The position numbers and the translations under genes were made by a program. A DNA stretch of 64,000 nt from Malacoraja senta (taxonomy: Eukaryota). The number at the start of each line of letters is the position of its first letter. Positions within the stretch are counted from its first letter, which is position 1. Shown here in pieces: positions 12,061-25,709 of the stretch. The stretch is taken from positions 8,620,001 through 8,684,000 of the forward strand of contig CM075993.1 of the NCBI GenBank assembly GCA_038087875.1, given 5' to 3'. A model generated the notes under the pieces. The model saw only the letters and a list, made by a program, of their open reading frames with translations, was not told the DNA's origin and ran no database searches.

Positions 12061-14337
12061 TTCAATGAAGTCATTGAGTCGTATAAGTGTAGAAGCAGAC
12101 TCTTTGGTTTTCCAAATCCATCAAGCACATTTACTCCACTTTGCATTTTATGATACTCTTCCCCCACTCCCATCAATTTCTTCAGATGCTATCTCTCACC
12201 TACACATTTGAGGCAATTTACCTTGATCTGTTGACGTATCAACCCGTGTGGATTTAGAATGTGGGAGGAGAATGGAGCACCCAGATAAGACCCATGTGCT
12301 TACGGCAGAAAGAAGCAAATAGCCACCTAGATAGCACCCGGGGTCAGGATTGAACTCATAAACTTGGTACTAAATGCTGCCCTAAATAATCAGGGTCTTT
12401 AAATTAGAACTGGACCATTTCTGGAGTGGAATCCATTTGTGTTTCCCCAAGTGCGAAGAGAAGATTTGGTTGAGGTGTAGAAACTGCTTCATGTTAGGTC
12501 AATGGAGGGGAAGCTTCAGCAGTTGGGTCAGGTATCAGGAAACGCTGGTGACAGGGCGGATGTGGAGAGGATGTTGGGTCCTTTATTTGAGAATCTAGAA
12601 CTGGGGGTCGCTGTCTAAATCTATATCCCATTCCCTTTTGGTGGTTCTGAGTTTATTCTATCAGATGGTTGAGAGTCTTTGGAACGTTCTTCCTTAAAGG
12701 GGTAGTGGAAGCAGAATCTTTAAGTACTTTTAATGCAGAGATAGATAGATTCTTGATGGGGCGAGAGGTTACCTGGAAATGTTGAATTTAAGTTACATTT
12801 GAATCAGTTATAATCTTATTTAATGGTGGAACAGACTGGAAGTGCCTACTTTACCTCCTAATTCATCTGTTTGTATGATTTAAAGTTTTGGACAATAGGA
12901 AGAATACATGTGAGGAAAGGCTTATTGAAGCTGTGATATCTGGAACCCATTACTACAGGACAATGGATTCAAAAAAGAGACTTCAAAATGGACGTTATGG
13001 GCCACAAAATATAAGGACTAATAAAGATTTTCCATAGACTCAATGGACTGAATGGCCTCCTATTATGCTGTAACATTTGATAATTCTATAAAATGTTAGT
13101 GCAACCTTTGAATTATCTCCCCAAAGATTGTTTAAGGATTTTTATCAACTCTCTCATGGTGAAAAAAGATGACCCCAGTTAGTTTCTCAAATTGCTTGAG
13201 ACCACTGTCTTGGTATCTTCCCTTAAGTATTTTGTTTGAACTTCTGTAATGCAGCAGCTGGAACAGTTATCAGTGTTTATTCAAGCTTTCAACCTGAGTG
13301 TTCTGGTGAAATTAGTATTTGATGCCTCTCCTAACTTGACCTTCCCAGCCAGCTTCCTCCTTGAGCTGCTGTGATCTATCTGAAGGTTCTCCCACAGTAC
13401 ATAGGAATTTACATAAGACCCAGTAAAGACAATATATTTCCAAATCAGGGTGGAGTGAAACTTGGAGAAAAACCAATGTGTTGTGGTGTTCTCGTGCAAC
13501 TGATGTCCTTGGCCTACTAAGTGGCAAAGTTTCAGGTTCAGGAGCTGGTGTCCAAGAAGACATTGTGAGATCACAGTTGACCTTGCGGACTGTACACTCT
13601 GTCATCTTGGTGTGAATGTGGGGGAGAGGGCAAGTATTTAGCGGGATAGATGAGCTGTTTTGTTCTGGATGCTGTTGACTTCCTTGGATGATGTTAGTGC
13701 AGGCAAACGGAGATGATTCTATCAGACTCTTGACCTGCGTCTTTTGAAGATGTCAGTCCTTTGAAGAGCCAGGGCACGGGACAGTTAAGAGTCAGGCAAC
13801 TAAGGTTTGTACTGTAAATGCTTCACAGGCTAGAGTCATAGGCAAACAGCACGGAAATAGGCCCTTCGGCCCAACTTGCCCATGCCAACCAAGATACCCC
13901 ATCTACACCAGTCCCACCTGCCTTTGTCTGGCTCATAACCTCTAAACCTTTCCTATCCATTTACCTGTCCAAATGTCTTTTAAATGTTGTTGTAACTGCT
14001 TCAACTACCTCCTCTGGTAGCTCGCACAATATACCATCCACCCTCTGTGCAAAAAAGTTCCCCTTCAGGTTCCTATTAAATTGTTCCCCCTCTTAACCTT
14101 AACCAAAATTGTACATAACTTTTAATATCTCTTTTTCTAAATGTGATTGCTTTAAAAAGGAGACCCGTACTTTTACTGGTTCTGTTATACTGCAACGATT
14201 TGTTCATTTCTATTTAGTTTAGTTTATTGTCACATGTACAGTGAAAAACATTTGTTTGCGTGCTACCCAGTCAAAGATAAAGGGTACAATTAGTTCACTT
14301 CTTCCCACTCCATTTCCCCCCCCCCCCCCTCCCCAGT

Positions 14338-14680
14338 TGCAACCGCAGAAGAAAGATGCAACACCTGTCGCTATACCTCCTCCCTCGACTCTGTCCAGGG
14401 ACCCCGACAGTCCTTTCAGGTTAGGTTCACTTGCACCTCCTCCAACCTCATTTTCACCCTACAAACTGCTGACAACGGACTGTTTCCTTTATCATCGTTA
14501 TTTTTTTGCATATTTTTCATTCATTGTTCTTTATCTCTCCACATCACCCTCTATATTTCTCGTTTCCCTTATCCCTAACCAGCCGGAAGAAGGGTCTTGA
14601 CCCGAAACGTCACCCAATCCTTCTCTCCAGAGATGCTGCCTGTCCCGCTGAGTTACTCCAGCTTTTTGTGTCTATCTAGT
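14338..14680 (+). mobile_element. Deleted Penelope-like element (Neptune-type) 3' fragment with hammerhead remnant
   Basis: Translates CNRRR/CNTCRYTSSLDSVQGPRQSFQVRFTCTSSNLI (Cys linker leading into GIY-YIG), then a 3' region with CGGAAGAAGGGTCTTGACCCGAAACGTC (14584-14611) and the same tail as the fold-back arms. Confidence 0.8.
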
Positions 14681-16329
14681 TCAAGATAAAGTTTGATTGA
14701 AGATCCTGGTCATTTGCCTGATAACAGAGATAACACCTTATTCACTATCTTATTTACCCTTCACAGTGAGGCAACAATGCTGACAAGTCATCTTTCAGAA
14801 GGCAAATAGTACAAACCACAAGGCAAATAAAATGAATTGATTGGAGTTGCCATAGATTTGCAGACTAGATTAACAACCAATTTCCGGGGAAACCAATGCA
14901 CAACGATGGAGTAGAGGATGAGCTACGGAGAGGGGGAGATGGGGTGGGAAACAGGAATTAGAAGCCCTGTGTACATCAGATGGGGGCTGAGTGGTCTGTA
15001 TCAGAGATGCGGCACTTGTGTGTGTAAATACAATGGGACCACCAAAGGAGACGGGCATCTTGGGTCAGAATGGCACAATGGCAATGAAACAAGTTTGCAA
15101 ATCCTGGAACACTGACAGTGATGGGACCTTTACTCTCATATAGTGTGTTAGCAAGTTCCTGCAGGACCTGTTGGAGAATCTTTTCTCAACTGCTCATTAT
15201 AACTGAGGGTCCAGAACAACCATTAAAAATCCCATTCATTTACAGAAATCTACCAGCAAAGAGCAGTGGAAAGATTCAGGGGCTGGCTTTTGTCAGCAGT
15301 AACTGGTATGTTAAAACTGCCAATGTACATCTTGCTAATTCACTGCTAATTTGTTGAAATGGAATTCTGTAAGGGTTCTCAAACCCATCTCATGCAGCCA
15401 CTGGATGGGAAAGATGAACCCATGGATTAATAATATTTCCCACGGCACGATGGAGGTAAAGTTCTATTATACAATCCATGGAGCACAATTCGCATACTGT
15501 CCGTGATACAGATATTTTCTCGTGACGTAGCTTGAGGCCATTTGGTCCATTGAGTCTGTGCTGGCTCTAATTCATATCTTGCGTGTTCTTACCCTTCGCT
15601 CTCACTTGAGGAATAGCACGGATTTCCTGACCATTTGCCAGTGTGCAGCACGGTTCCAGTGGGTCAGCACAGTGTCTCGTTGTGGGGGTCGTTTATTTCT
15701 GTTCCAATTCATCGTGCTAACCCCATGTAGTTACTCAGCTGCAGGTAGACCACTCCGCACAGACTTGTTATGCTGAAGAGCCTGCTTCTGTACTGAATCG
15801 CTCTATGACTCTATATTGGATCTCACTAGTGGGCAGTGGCAGACATCTCCTGTCATTAACCCTTGATCAATTCCTTGACCCTTATCAACCATCACGACCC
15901 GAAAATGCTCTCCACCGCTTTAAAGACTCCAACATCAGGGAGATGCTCAATTCCAAAGAAAGATCCAAAATAGTCCACTGATCCTCCCCTGACAAACCAT
16001 TGGTCATAAGATGAAGGCGACACGATGACCCAATGAATGGCTTTGTGCAGAGACAGAATGAGATAGCACAGTGTCGCAGTTGGTAGAGCACAGCCCCAGT
16101 GACCCGGGTTCAATCCTGTCCTTGGGTGCTGCCTGTGTGGAGTTTGCATGTTCTTCCCCCGGGGTGCACCGGTTTCCTCCCACATCCCAAAGATATGTAG
16201 ATAGGTTAACTGTGCACTGTAAATTGCCCATGGTTTGTGGTTGAGTGGTAAAATCTGGGGGAAGTTGATGAGAATGCGGGAAGAATAATATGGGATTATT
16301 ATAAATTTGTGGATTATTGAGTCAGAGTC

Positions 16330-16820
16330 CTAGATTCATACAGCATGGAAACAGACCGTTCAGCCCAACTCATCCATGGCGACCAAGATGTCCCATCTAG
16401 GCTACTTCCATTAGCCCGCACTTGGCACATAACCATCTAAACCTTTTCCATTCATGTACCTGTCTTTTAAATGCTGATATAGGACCTGCCTCAACTACCT
16501 CCTCTAGCAGCTCATTCCATATGCCCATCACCCTCTAAGTGAAAAGGTTGCTCCTCAAGTTCCCATTAAATTTTGCCTCTCTCACCTTAAACCTATGTCC
16601 TTTGGTTTTTGATTCCTCTGTTCTGGGTAAAAGACTCTGCATTCACCCTATCTATTCCCCTCATGATTTTATGCACCTATATAAGATCACCGCCTAGCCT
16701 CCTGTGCTCCAAGAAATAAAGTCTTAGTCTGCCCAACCTCTCCCTACAGATCTGGCCCTCGAGTCCTGGCAACATCCTTATAAATCTTCTCTGCACTCTT
16801 TCCAGCTTAATGACATCTTT
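16330..16820 (-). mobile_element. CR1 LINE 3' fragment
   Basis: Same family as 9970-10560 (shared cccctcatgatttt...ctgcccaacctctcccta). Confidence 0.85.
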
Positions 16821-17034
16821 CATATATTGTTAGAACTGATGGTGAGCTGAAGGGTTTGTATCTCTATATGACTATAATGGATCACAAGTAGGCAGTAGCC
16901 AATGTGCCACATCTCAAGCGATGCCCTCCACGAGGCCTGTAACTCACCCATGGATCCACTGGGCTTTGTCTGTTTAATGTAGCTCCACCATGAACTGAGG
17001 TTGATCTCTACCTTGTTGCACATAAACAAATCAA

Positions 17035-17475
17035 CATATGAAAGAATGGATCGACTGGGCTTATATTCACTGGAATTTAGAAGGATGTAAGGGGATCTTA
17101 TAGAAACATATACAATTCTTAAGGGATTGGACAGGCTAGATGCAGGAAAAATGTTCCCGATGTTGGGGGAGTACAGAACCAGGGGTTGCAGCATAAGAAT
17201 AAGGGTAGGCCATTTAGGACTGAGATAAGGGGAAATGTTTTCACCCAGACAGTTGTGAATCTGTGGCATTCTCTGCCACAGAAGGCAGTGGAGGCCAAAT
17301 CACTGGATGTTTTCAAGAGAGAATTGGATATAGCTCTTGGGGCTAATGGAATCAAGGGATATGGGGAGGAAGCAGGAACAGGGTACTGATTTTGGATGAT
17401 CAGCCATGATCATATTGAATGGCGGTGCTGGCTTGAAGGGCCGAATGGCCTACTCCACCTATTTTCTATGTGTCT
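17035..17475 (+). mobile_element. CR1 LINE 3' fragment
   Basis: Highly similar to 1-495; KGRPFRTEIRGNVFTQTVVNLWHSLP...GYGEEAGTGY. Confidence 0.9.
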
Positions 17476-18557
17476 AACTGTGATGGGTTCATTGCAGTGA
17501 ATATCTGGAGGTTGAGCAGATGAATCTGAGAAGGTGCTGACTGAGCAAGGAGAATTAGTCTCCAATTCATTCATGTACCACCTTTTATCTTCCTAAAAAG
17601 AGCAGCAGAGTGTTGCACCTGGTAGAGTTACTGCCTCACAATGCCAGCGACCATGTGGCATCTGATCCTGACGTTGGTTGCTGACTGTGTGAAGTTTGCA
17701 CTTTCTCCCGGCGAGTGTGTGAGTTTTCTCCGGGCGCTCCGGGCTCTTCCTACATCTCAAAGATATGTCGATTTGTAGGTTAATTGGTCTCTGAAAGTTG
17801 CCCTGAGTTTGTCGGGAGTGGAAGTGGGATAACACAAAACTAATGTGAACGGGTAATCGATGGTCATCGTGGATCGGTGATCTGTGCCTGTTTCCATGCT
17901 GTATCTTTAAACTAAAACACCATCTGTCCAGAACACAACCTCCCTGGACATCCGCATTGAGGATTATATTCTCAAACCATGCAGCAAACCATAAACCCAC
18001 AAAGTACAGACACTGCTAGCTAGTGGCCCCAGAAAGACAGGTTTTATCCCACTAAAGGCTGGCACGTACCTCTGTAACAAATTTACATAGAAATGAATAC
18101 AGAGGCGGCTCGGATTACAATTGACCTTATGGAAATTCAACAATGCAAATTCTTCCATATATTTATAGTGTTTTTCAAGTTAGTAATGAGGTGTTTCATG
18201 GCATTCATTAATGACTGGATCCAGTATATATACCATTTGTTTAATTATGGGTGATGTCCAGGTGAAACTATTGAATGAATATAAAAATAATTATAGTAAG
18301 TGTATATCACAGTGTTATGGCTTACAATAGGAAACTGACATTTATAACTAATGGAAAATTGGCATATTGATCGTTCTCGGGAACAAAACCCTTGTGTAAC
18401 CTGAGGACTGCCTGCATTATAAATCAGTAATCTTGTGCAAGGAGCCAGACTCTTCTCACACGTGAGCTGAGAATATTAACTACCTTGTATGAGAACTTTC
18501 CAGCCTGGGACTGAAGTGATCCACGGTTTGTCAGCATTCTGCTCTGTTTTGTTTTAG

Positions 18558-18618
18558 AGATGTGAAGTTAACTGACTCGCTGAACTCTGACGACTTCAAG
18601 AAGTTTCACCGTGGATCC
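18558..18618 (+). CDS. gramd2a: GRAMD2A exon (DVKLTDSLNSDDFKKFHRGS)
   Basis: Acceptor tgttttgttttag|, donor TCC|gtgagt; 61 nt, phase 2-0, leading directly into the GRAM exon. Confidence 0.75.
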
Positions 18619-19299
18619 GTGAGTATCTTACATCGAAGCAGAAAATGCTGTAAATACTCAGCGGGCCAAGCCGGGAGAAAAGCAGAGTTACATTGCAACT
18701 GGGGCAGGTAACATTGCAACATTTAAGAAGCATTTAGACAGGTACATGGATGGGATAGGTTTAGAGGGATATTGGCCAACGTTGGCAGGTGGGACTAGTG
18801 TAGATGGGAGATGTTGGTCGATGTGGGCAAGTTGGGCCAAAGGGTCTGTTTCCACTGTATGACTCTCTAACTCTATGATGTGGATGCTGTGAAAGGTTGA
18901 AGGAAAACGTGGTGATTAATGCTTGTTAATCACAGCTGATCTGTTACTGGAAATGTGAAGAAAGGGGAATGGATGAGGGCAGAAGAGAAAAAAATAAGGA
19001 ATGTTGTCAAGTGCGGGCTAAAGGAACTAGCCTGTTAAGAATAAAGAACAACTCATTGCTAGAAATATGACGAGAGAATGCTGGAGATGCCCATCAGGTC
19101 AGGCGGCATCTGTGGAGAGAGAAAAACGGAGTCAATGTTACAGGTGGATGTGGGTGCATTAGAACTGGGAAATTCTGGCACAAACAGTGAAAGTAGATTA
19201 TCTGAGATTGTTGAATACATTTCTGGGTCCTCAAGGTGGTAAAGTGCCCAGATGAAAGATGGGATGTTGTTCCTTGAGCTTATGTTTCACTTTAAAGAA

Positions 19300-19700
19300 C
19301 ACCAAGTGCCGGAGTAACTCAGCGGATCAGGCAACATCTCTGCAGAACACTGATAGGCAACATTTCGGGTCGGGACATTTCTTCAGACTGAAGAAGGGTT
19401 GCGACCCAAAACGTTACCTCTCCAGTCTGAAGAAAGGTCCCGATCCGAAACATCTCCTATCCATGTCCTCCAGATATGTTGCCTGATCCGCTGAGTTACT
19501 CCAGCACTGTGTGCTCCGCACATGATTCTAGCATCAGTTTCTTGTGTCTCCTTATGTTTGACCTTGTTGGGACTGTGTAGGAGGGCCAAGTGGGAGTGGG
19601 ACAAAAATTTGTACTGATCGGTAACTAGGAGTTCAAGATTGTCCCTGTGAACTGAGCTTGGCTGCTCCCCAAAACAATTTCCTATCTGCATTTGATTTCT
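19300..19700. mobile_element. Penelope-derived fold-back with one inverted and two tandem hammerhead-like motifs, beside a degenerate GIY-YIG fragment (-)
   Basis: ctgaagaagggttgcgacccaaaacgtt and ctgaagaaaggtcccgatccgaaacatc lie in tandem; the minus-strand ORF QIGNCFGEQPSSVHRDNLELLVTDQYKFLSHSH resembles the PLE endonuclease C-terminal half. Confidence 0.65.
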
Positions 19701-19849
19701 CTCGAGTCGTAGAGATCACACAATGAATGCAATGTCAAGTCAGATTTATTGTCATACACAGTGGTCCGTGTACAATGGAGATCATGCTTGCAGCAGCATC
19801 ACAGGCACATAAACTCAGACAACACACAAAAACATAAAATATACATAAT

Positions 19850-20720
19850 CATAATCATAATAGTACCTTATTAGCCAAGTATGTTTTGCAACATATGAAG
19901 AATTTCATTTGCCATACAGTCATCATACTAATAAAAAGCAACAGAACACACAAAATACATTTCAACATAAACATCCACCACAGTGACTCCTCCACATTCC
20001 TCACTGTGATGAAAGGTGAAAAATAGTTCAATCACTTCCCTTCTTTGTTCTCCTGCGGTCGGGGGCCTCGAGCCTTCCGTTGACGTGGCGATCTTGCCTC
20101 CCATAGCCGGCGGCATTTGGGCCCTCGCGTCGGGGCGATCAAGCTCCTGCATCGGGGGGGAATCTCAGCTCCCCCTCGCCGGGCGATCGGACCCCGGATC
20201 GGGGCTGGTCGAAACCTTCTGCGTCATTTGGAGATTCCCGACATCGGTCTCCACTAGGGTTGCCAACTTTCTCACTCCCAAATAAGGGACAAAATGTAAA
20301 AATACGGGACAAATTCCAGACAGCAATTTGTTGACCGATTCAGCCGTGGCTGGGTGAACGATGAGTTGACCCGGGTGCTGGACTGCAAACAAAGCCCAGC
20401 CGGTGAGCAAGCCGAGGAGTTTTGGGCCGCGCGACATAGTGCGCAAAGTCCGGCACCCCATCCAACTCATGAACCGATGATTGGCCATGAAAAGAAGAGG
20501 TGATGGTGTCGGCGGTAAGCGAAGGTCCGAAGGTCAGACAGCTGGCCGGGCTGTCGACCAACGGTGCCTGGCTCCGATGGCAAGTCCACGTGTCCGCGGT
20601 GGGGCTCAAAGTCAATCCCGAGCAAGGCCTCCAGCTCCATGATGTTAGGCCACAGAGCGACCGGAGATACAATCCGGAAAACAATCGCATCTCTGGCAAG
20701 GTAAGAGATTGGAAAAAAAA
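19850..20720 (-). mobile_element. Rex1/Babar-derived non-autonomous element, interrupted near 20255 by a one-ended hAT-like fragment
   Basis: Minus strand has the shared box tcatcacagtgaggaatgtg, ttggctaataa and a (tatgat)n tail; tagggttgccaact...agggaca at about 20255 resembles a hAT-Blackjack terminus. Confidence 0.55.
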
Positions 20721-21039
20721 TGGTGGGGGGAAGAAGTAAAAGGGCAGTTGTTGCATCTCCTGTGGTTGCTGGAAAAAGTACAAAGGGAAGGGGAGTAGTT
20801 GATGGCGATGGAAGAGCGAATTGGGGAGTCTCAAGGATAAAGATCCTTTGGGATTGCTGAGAAGGGAGGGGAGAGCAGGGGAAACTGTTTTATGGTGGAA
20901 TCTTGTTGAAGGTTGTGAAAACTCTGGAGGAGGATCTGTTGAATGTGGAGGCTCGTGGTGTGGATGGTGAGGACCAAGAAATGCTATTGTCGCTCTGGGA
21001 GAGAAGGAGAGGATCGGAGAAGTAGAGGGAATAGATCAG

Positions 21040-21245
21040 AATCCCTGTGACCTGCGTGGGTTTTCTCCAGGATCTCCGGTTTCCTCCCACACTCCAAAGA
21101 CATACAGGTTTGTAGGCTCATTGGCTTGGTAAAAATTGTAAATTAACCCTAGTGTGTGTAGGATAGTGTTAGTCTGTGGGGATTGGTGGTCGGTGCAGAT
21201 CTAATGGGCCAAAGGGCCTGTTTCCACTCTATATCTCTAAACTAA
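21040..21245 (+). mobile_element. HE1-type V-SINE, 5' truncated
   Basis: V-domain plus tail ending tatctctaaactaa. Confidence 0.85.
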
Positions 21246-21443
21246 GGTTAAAAAAAATTAGTGGTGGGGTGTAAATGCTGGCCTTATCACCCACATGCAG
21301 ATCTGAATCATGAGTAACCTGAAGATATGCAATATGCTATACTGTGCTTAAGTTGGCTAGGTGACAAGAAAAGCATGCAAATGTTTGCAAGGCATTCTGA
21401 GGTTCTGCATCCTATACAACTGAAAGTCTTTCTTTCTTTTCAG

Positions 21444-21516
21444 ACAATTAAAAAGTACAACTCTCAGTATCACAAACTCTTCAAGGATGTCCCTGAGCAG
21501 GAGACATTGAGGAAAG
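21444..21516 (+). CDS. gramd2a: GRAMD2A exon, GRAM domain start (TIKKYNSQYHKLFKDVPEQETLRK+V)
   Basis: tttcag| and G|gtgtgt; matches the recalled human GRAMD2A KYNQQYHKLFKDVP better than GRAMD2B. Confidence 0.93.
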
Positions 21517-22848
21517 GTGTGTGTCTCTCATGTTGTGTGAGTTATTCTTTGGGACGTGGCAAAATAGATATTGGCACTCGATCACCTCATAATTAATGTG
21601 CACATGCGGTCCCGGAACTAGAACTTTGGTCATTGGTTAGACCCGGGAATTTCATGTCCCACTGTGCTAAACTGTCGTGAGAGCTTTCCACTTAGTGAGA
21701 TAATTTTTAAAAAGGCCAATGTTACATTAGTCTCAAGTCAAGAGTGTTTGATTGTCATATATACCAACAATAGAACCATGAAAATCTTACTTGCAGCAGC
21801 ATAACAGGACTGTAGCACAATACACATAGGTAATATACCACAAAAAATGAATGTTAATAACCCCAATTCTAGTGCAAAAAAAGTCCTTAGTGCAACCCAA
21901 GATAGGTCATTGGTTAGTGTTGTTTAAATGTTTAAGAGTGATGCTGTGTTCCTGTACCTGGTGGTCACAGTTTTCAGATTCCTATCCCTTCTTCTCAATG
22001 AGAAGCAAAATGAGAGCATGGCAAAGATGATGTTACATATTGTCTTGTGTATTAGCAAGGGGGTTATTACAGAAGGGTGCAATAACCAAGTGAGCCTAGC
22101 TTATACACGTACCTAGGTTATTGTTTAATACTGCTTTCTCTTACAAAGATCTCTCTTCAAAAACAGGTCCATAGCTCCACAAAAACAGATACAAAGTGCT
22201 GGAGTAATTCAGCGGGTCAGGCAGCAACTCTGGAGAATATGGATAGATGATGTTTCAGGTCAGGACCCTTCTTAAGTCTGAAGAAGGCTCCCGACCCAAA
22301 ACATCATCTATCCATGTTCTCCAGCAACGTTGCCTGACCCGCTACCTTACTCCAGCACTTTGTGTCTTTTGTTTTTGAAAACCAGCATCTGTGGTTCCTT
22401 GTTTCTCCATTGCTACACAATTTATGCCCTGTCCACTTTTTGCTTCTGTGGCAGAAGATAAGGTGGGGAAAAAAGCTATCACGTCACAAATTGAACTTCT
22501 CATTAACGTCCCGCTTTCAGTCTGCATGAAAGACAAATGTAATCTGTGGTTGTATGCAGGCAGCCAAGTGTTGATGGAGAAACATTAACCGGAACAAAGG
22601 GTAAGAATTGTTGCTGCGTAAATAACCTGAGAATGAGGAAGAGACTGACGGGTCCAAAAAAAACTGTTCTTGGATTGGATTCCAGTTAAATACAAGCCTC
22701 AATTAAGATGTTTAGGTTTATTATTGCACATGTAACGAGGTACAGTGAAAAGCTTTGTTTTGCATGCTATCTAAACAGATCAGAAATATGATATGTTGTG
22801 TTTAAGAAGGAACTGCAGATGCTGGAAAATCGAAGGTACACAAGGAGT

Positions 22849-22876
22849 CTGAAGAAGGGTTTCGGCCCGAAACGTT
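22849..22876 (+). ncRNA. Minimal type-I hammerhead ribozyme motif
   Basis: CTGAAGA-A-GGGT(TTCG)GCCC-GAAAC-GTT, with a core identical to 2979-3006; sense to the GRAMD2A pre-mRNA. Confidence 0.65.
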
Positions 22877-24438
22877 GCCTATTTCCTTCGCTCCATATTT
22901 GCTGCTGCACCCGCTGAATTTCTCCAGCATTTTGGTGTACCTCAGAAATATGATACATGGGTACAATCAGTTCAAGCTCGAGTACAATAGGTGGAGCAAA
23001 GGGGAGGTACGGAGTGCAAAAATATAATTCTCAGCATTGTAGCACATCAATTCAATAGACAAAGTCCAATGTCCTCAATCGTGTAGAGGTGAACCGAACA
23101 GTACCCTAGCTTCATAGAGTCGTGGCGTTATGACCCTAGATGCTACAAAAGATCTTCCGTCTCTCCTGACCAGCGCTGGACTTCCATGTATAGTCCCACA
23201 CTCTTGACTCCAGCACATGTTTCTGACCTCTCTCTATCTAAAAGCTGTCTCTTTAGCCCAGCTGGTTCTGTGAACATTGTATTCTAAAGAGGAAGAAGAT
23301 TGGACTTTTTTGCCTCCCATCACAGTGAGGAATGTGGGGAATCCGCTGTGGTGGATGTTTATGTTAACTGATGTAATTCTGTCTTGTTGCTTTTTTTTCA
23401 TATGGCTGTATGGTAATTCGTATATCACTGTACCTTAATTGGTACACGTGACAATAAAAGACCTTTGAAACTTTGATCCAATCTCCCTGAGGGCTTTGGG
23501 ACAGGACCTTCTCCATGTAACAAAGTCGGATGAGCCATAGAATATGTTTAATGATATTTATGCTCTTTACAACGTAATTATCGGTTGGCACCCAAATCAT
23601 CTAGAACCTGTGACTGAAGTTAAAGATTCATTTAACAGGGTTGAGTTTTTCTGTGTGGCGAGCATATTGGGAAGTGCGTTCAGCAGACAGAACCCTGGAT
23701 CCCAGGAGTACATTTGTAGCATATGTTTGAATCTTTTTAAGGCAGCAGTGAGTAAAACGCTTGAAAAGCAAGCGGGGAAGTGTATTGGGATAAACGGTTG
23801 AGATTGCAGTTGGATTAGCCACAATCTTTTTTCAAAGGTTCAACATGTTCAAAGGGCCAAGTGGGCTCCTTCTGTTCCTCCTTCAAATGTTACAGAAAAT
23901 ATCCCCGGGAGTAATACTCCCACCCATTCTGCTGAGAAATTGGGTAAGAATTCATCGCTCAATTATGCAACAACTTGCATTTCTTTAATTTAAAAAAAAA
24001 ACAAGGAATTTGACAGGAACGTAATCACACTAATGCCAGCATCAATGGGGAAGTGAGGGCAGGGGGTCAGAGGAACAAGGATTTTCTTAAAGGCACTGAG
24101 ACCTAGAGATCAAGGGACACAGGCAAGGTGACAGCAGTAGGGATCCTTGGGGTGATTGCCGGTCAGCGTGGACTCGGTGGGTCGACAGACCTGTTTCTGC
24201 TCTGTATTTCTAAAGTCTAAAGACAAACAGGACATTAAGGAGCACTGTTCGATATGTGTGAGTGAGTTAACATCTCCAGTGGATATCCACTTCCAGGGTA
24301 TGGGGAAACGTCCCAAAAGTGTTGGATTTTACCACGTAGATTGTTCTCGCCACAAGTCGAGAGTACAGGGCTGACCAAACAAGAATTGTTTCAAGGGATT
24401 ATTCTGATCCTCTGTCTGTATCCCTTCTGTCTTGCCAG

Positions 24439-24542
24439 TCTACTCCTGTGCTCTCCAGAAAGACATCTTAATCCAGGGTCGTCTCTACATCTCCAGCAAC
24501 TGGGTGTGCTTCCACGCTAACTTCTTCGGAAAAGACATCAAG
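24439..24542 (+). CDS. gramd2a: GRAMD2A exon, GRAM domain (YSCALQKDILIQGRLYISSNWVCFHANFFGKDIK)
   Basis: ttgccag| and AAG|gtgtgt; 104 nt, phase 1-0; canonical GRAM motif QGRLYIS.NW.CFH. Confidence 0.97.
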
Positions 24543-25244
24543 GTGTGTGACCCATCTTGGTAATGTCCTCTCATTTTATGCTTATTAGAACTTTACTAAT
24601 TACCACAATATTAATGAAATCACACTAAATAATGCAAAGGGTCCTTTTAAGAAGTTCAACGATTAAGAGTATTTACCATTCATTTTAGTAACGATTTGTT
24701 CCTTATTTAAGATCATGGATTTGAAATTAATCCACACTAAATGTTTTAGCATTAAACAGCACTGCAGGCCACTCTAAAGCTGTTTGTGGAAGTCACATAA
24801 AGGGCAATAACTTTGAGATTCACCAAGAGATGAATAGTCATATGCACGGGGAATAGAACAATTAAATTCTTACTTTCTTGCTGCTCTATAGGCACAGTAA
24901 CGTTACAACTCAACACATCAATATATGCAATAACCCAATAAAGCAATAAATTATCAGTAATACTAGGTAACCAGACTACATTAGTACAAACTATAAAAAT
25001 CTATAATAGATCATTGCTGAGTTGGGCTTTGGTTAGAGTTGTGCAGTGTAGTTCAAGAGCCTATTGTTTAATGGGAAGAAGCAGCTTTTGAACCTGAAGT
25101 TCACGGTTCCAGTCTCCTGTACCTCCTTCCTAATGTTAACGGCGAAATGAGAGCATGATCAAAGTGGTGGGGAGATCATTACTCATGATGGAAAGGACAA
25201 TGGCCAACATTTTCTGCACCAAACTGCATTGTTACATTTCCCTG

Positions 25245-25480
25245 TGTGATACTGTCCACCATCATTAAGTGCTTAGAGAGTCTAGTTATGGAACGCATTG
25301 AATCCAGTCAGCCAAGCAACTTTGACCCACTGCAGTTCGTCAACAGCCACAACATGTCCATGCCTGATGCCATCTCCCTGGCCCTACTCTCATCACTGGA
25401 ACACCTGGATAAGAGAGACACCTATGTCAGACTTCTATTCATAGTCTACAGCTCTGCTTTTAATACCATTATCCCATGTC
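25245..25480 (+). mobile_element. Rex1/Babar LINE RT fragment
   Basis: IIKCLESLVM...DPLQF...DAISLAL...LEHLDKRDTYVRLLFIVYSSAFNTIIP is typical of Rex1 RT. Confidence 0.85.
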
Positions 25481-25610
25481 TAATATCGAGCTTGGTACAT
25501 GACGCAGGGTGAACCCAACCTGCCAGCCCCATCCTTCTCACCGTGCGGTGTTGCCCTGAAACAGGCGGCAGACGGGGGAAAGGGACTAACTGTTGCCGTT
25601 TCCCTTTCAG

Positions 25611-25709
25611 GTCATGGCATCAATCACGTCAGTCGTGTTGGTCAAGAAGCATCGGACAGGAGGGCTGCTTCCGAATGGACTTGTGATCAGGACAAGTGCA
25701 AATGACAAG
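25611..25709 (+). CDS. gramd2a: GRAMD2A exon (VMASITSVVLVKKHRTGGLLPNGLVIRTSANDK)
   Basis: Branch-like actaac, tccctttcag|, AAG|gtgagg; 99 nt, phase 0-0; KKH...LLPNGL motif. Confidence 0.95.
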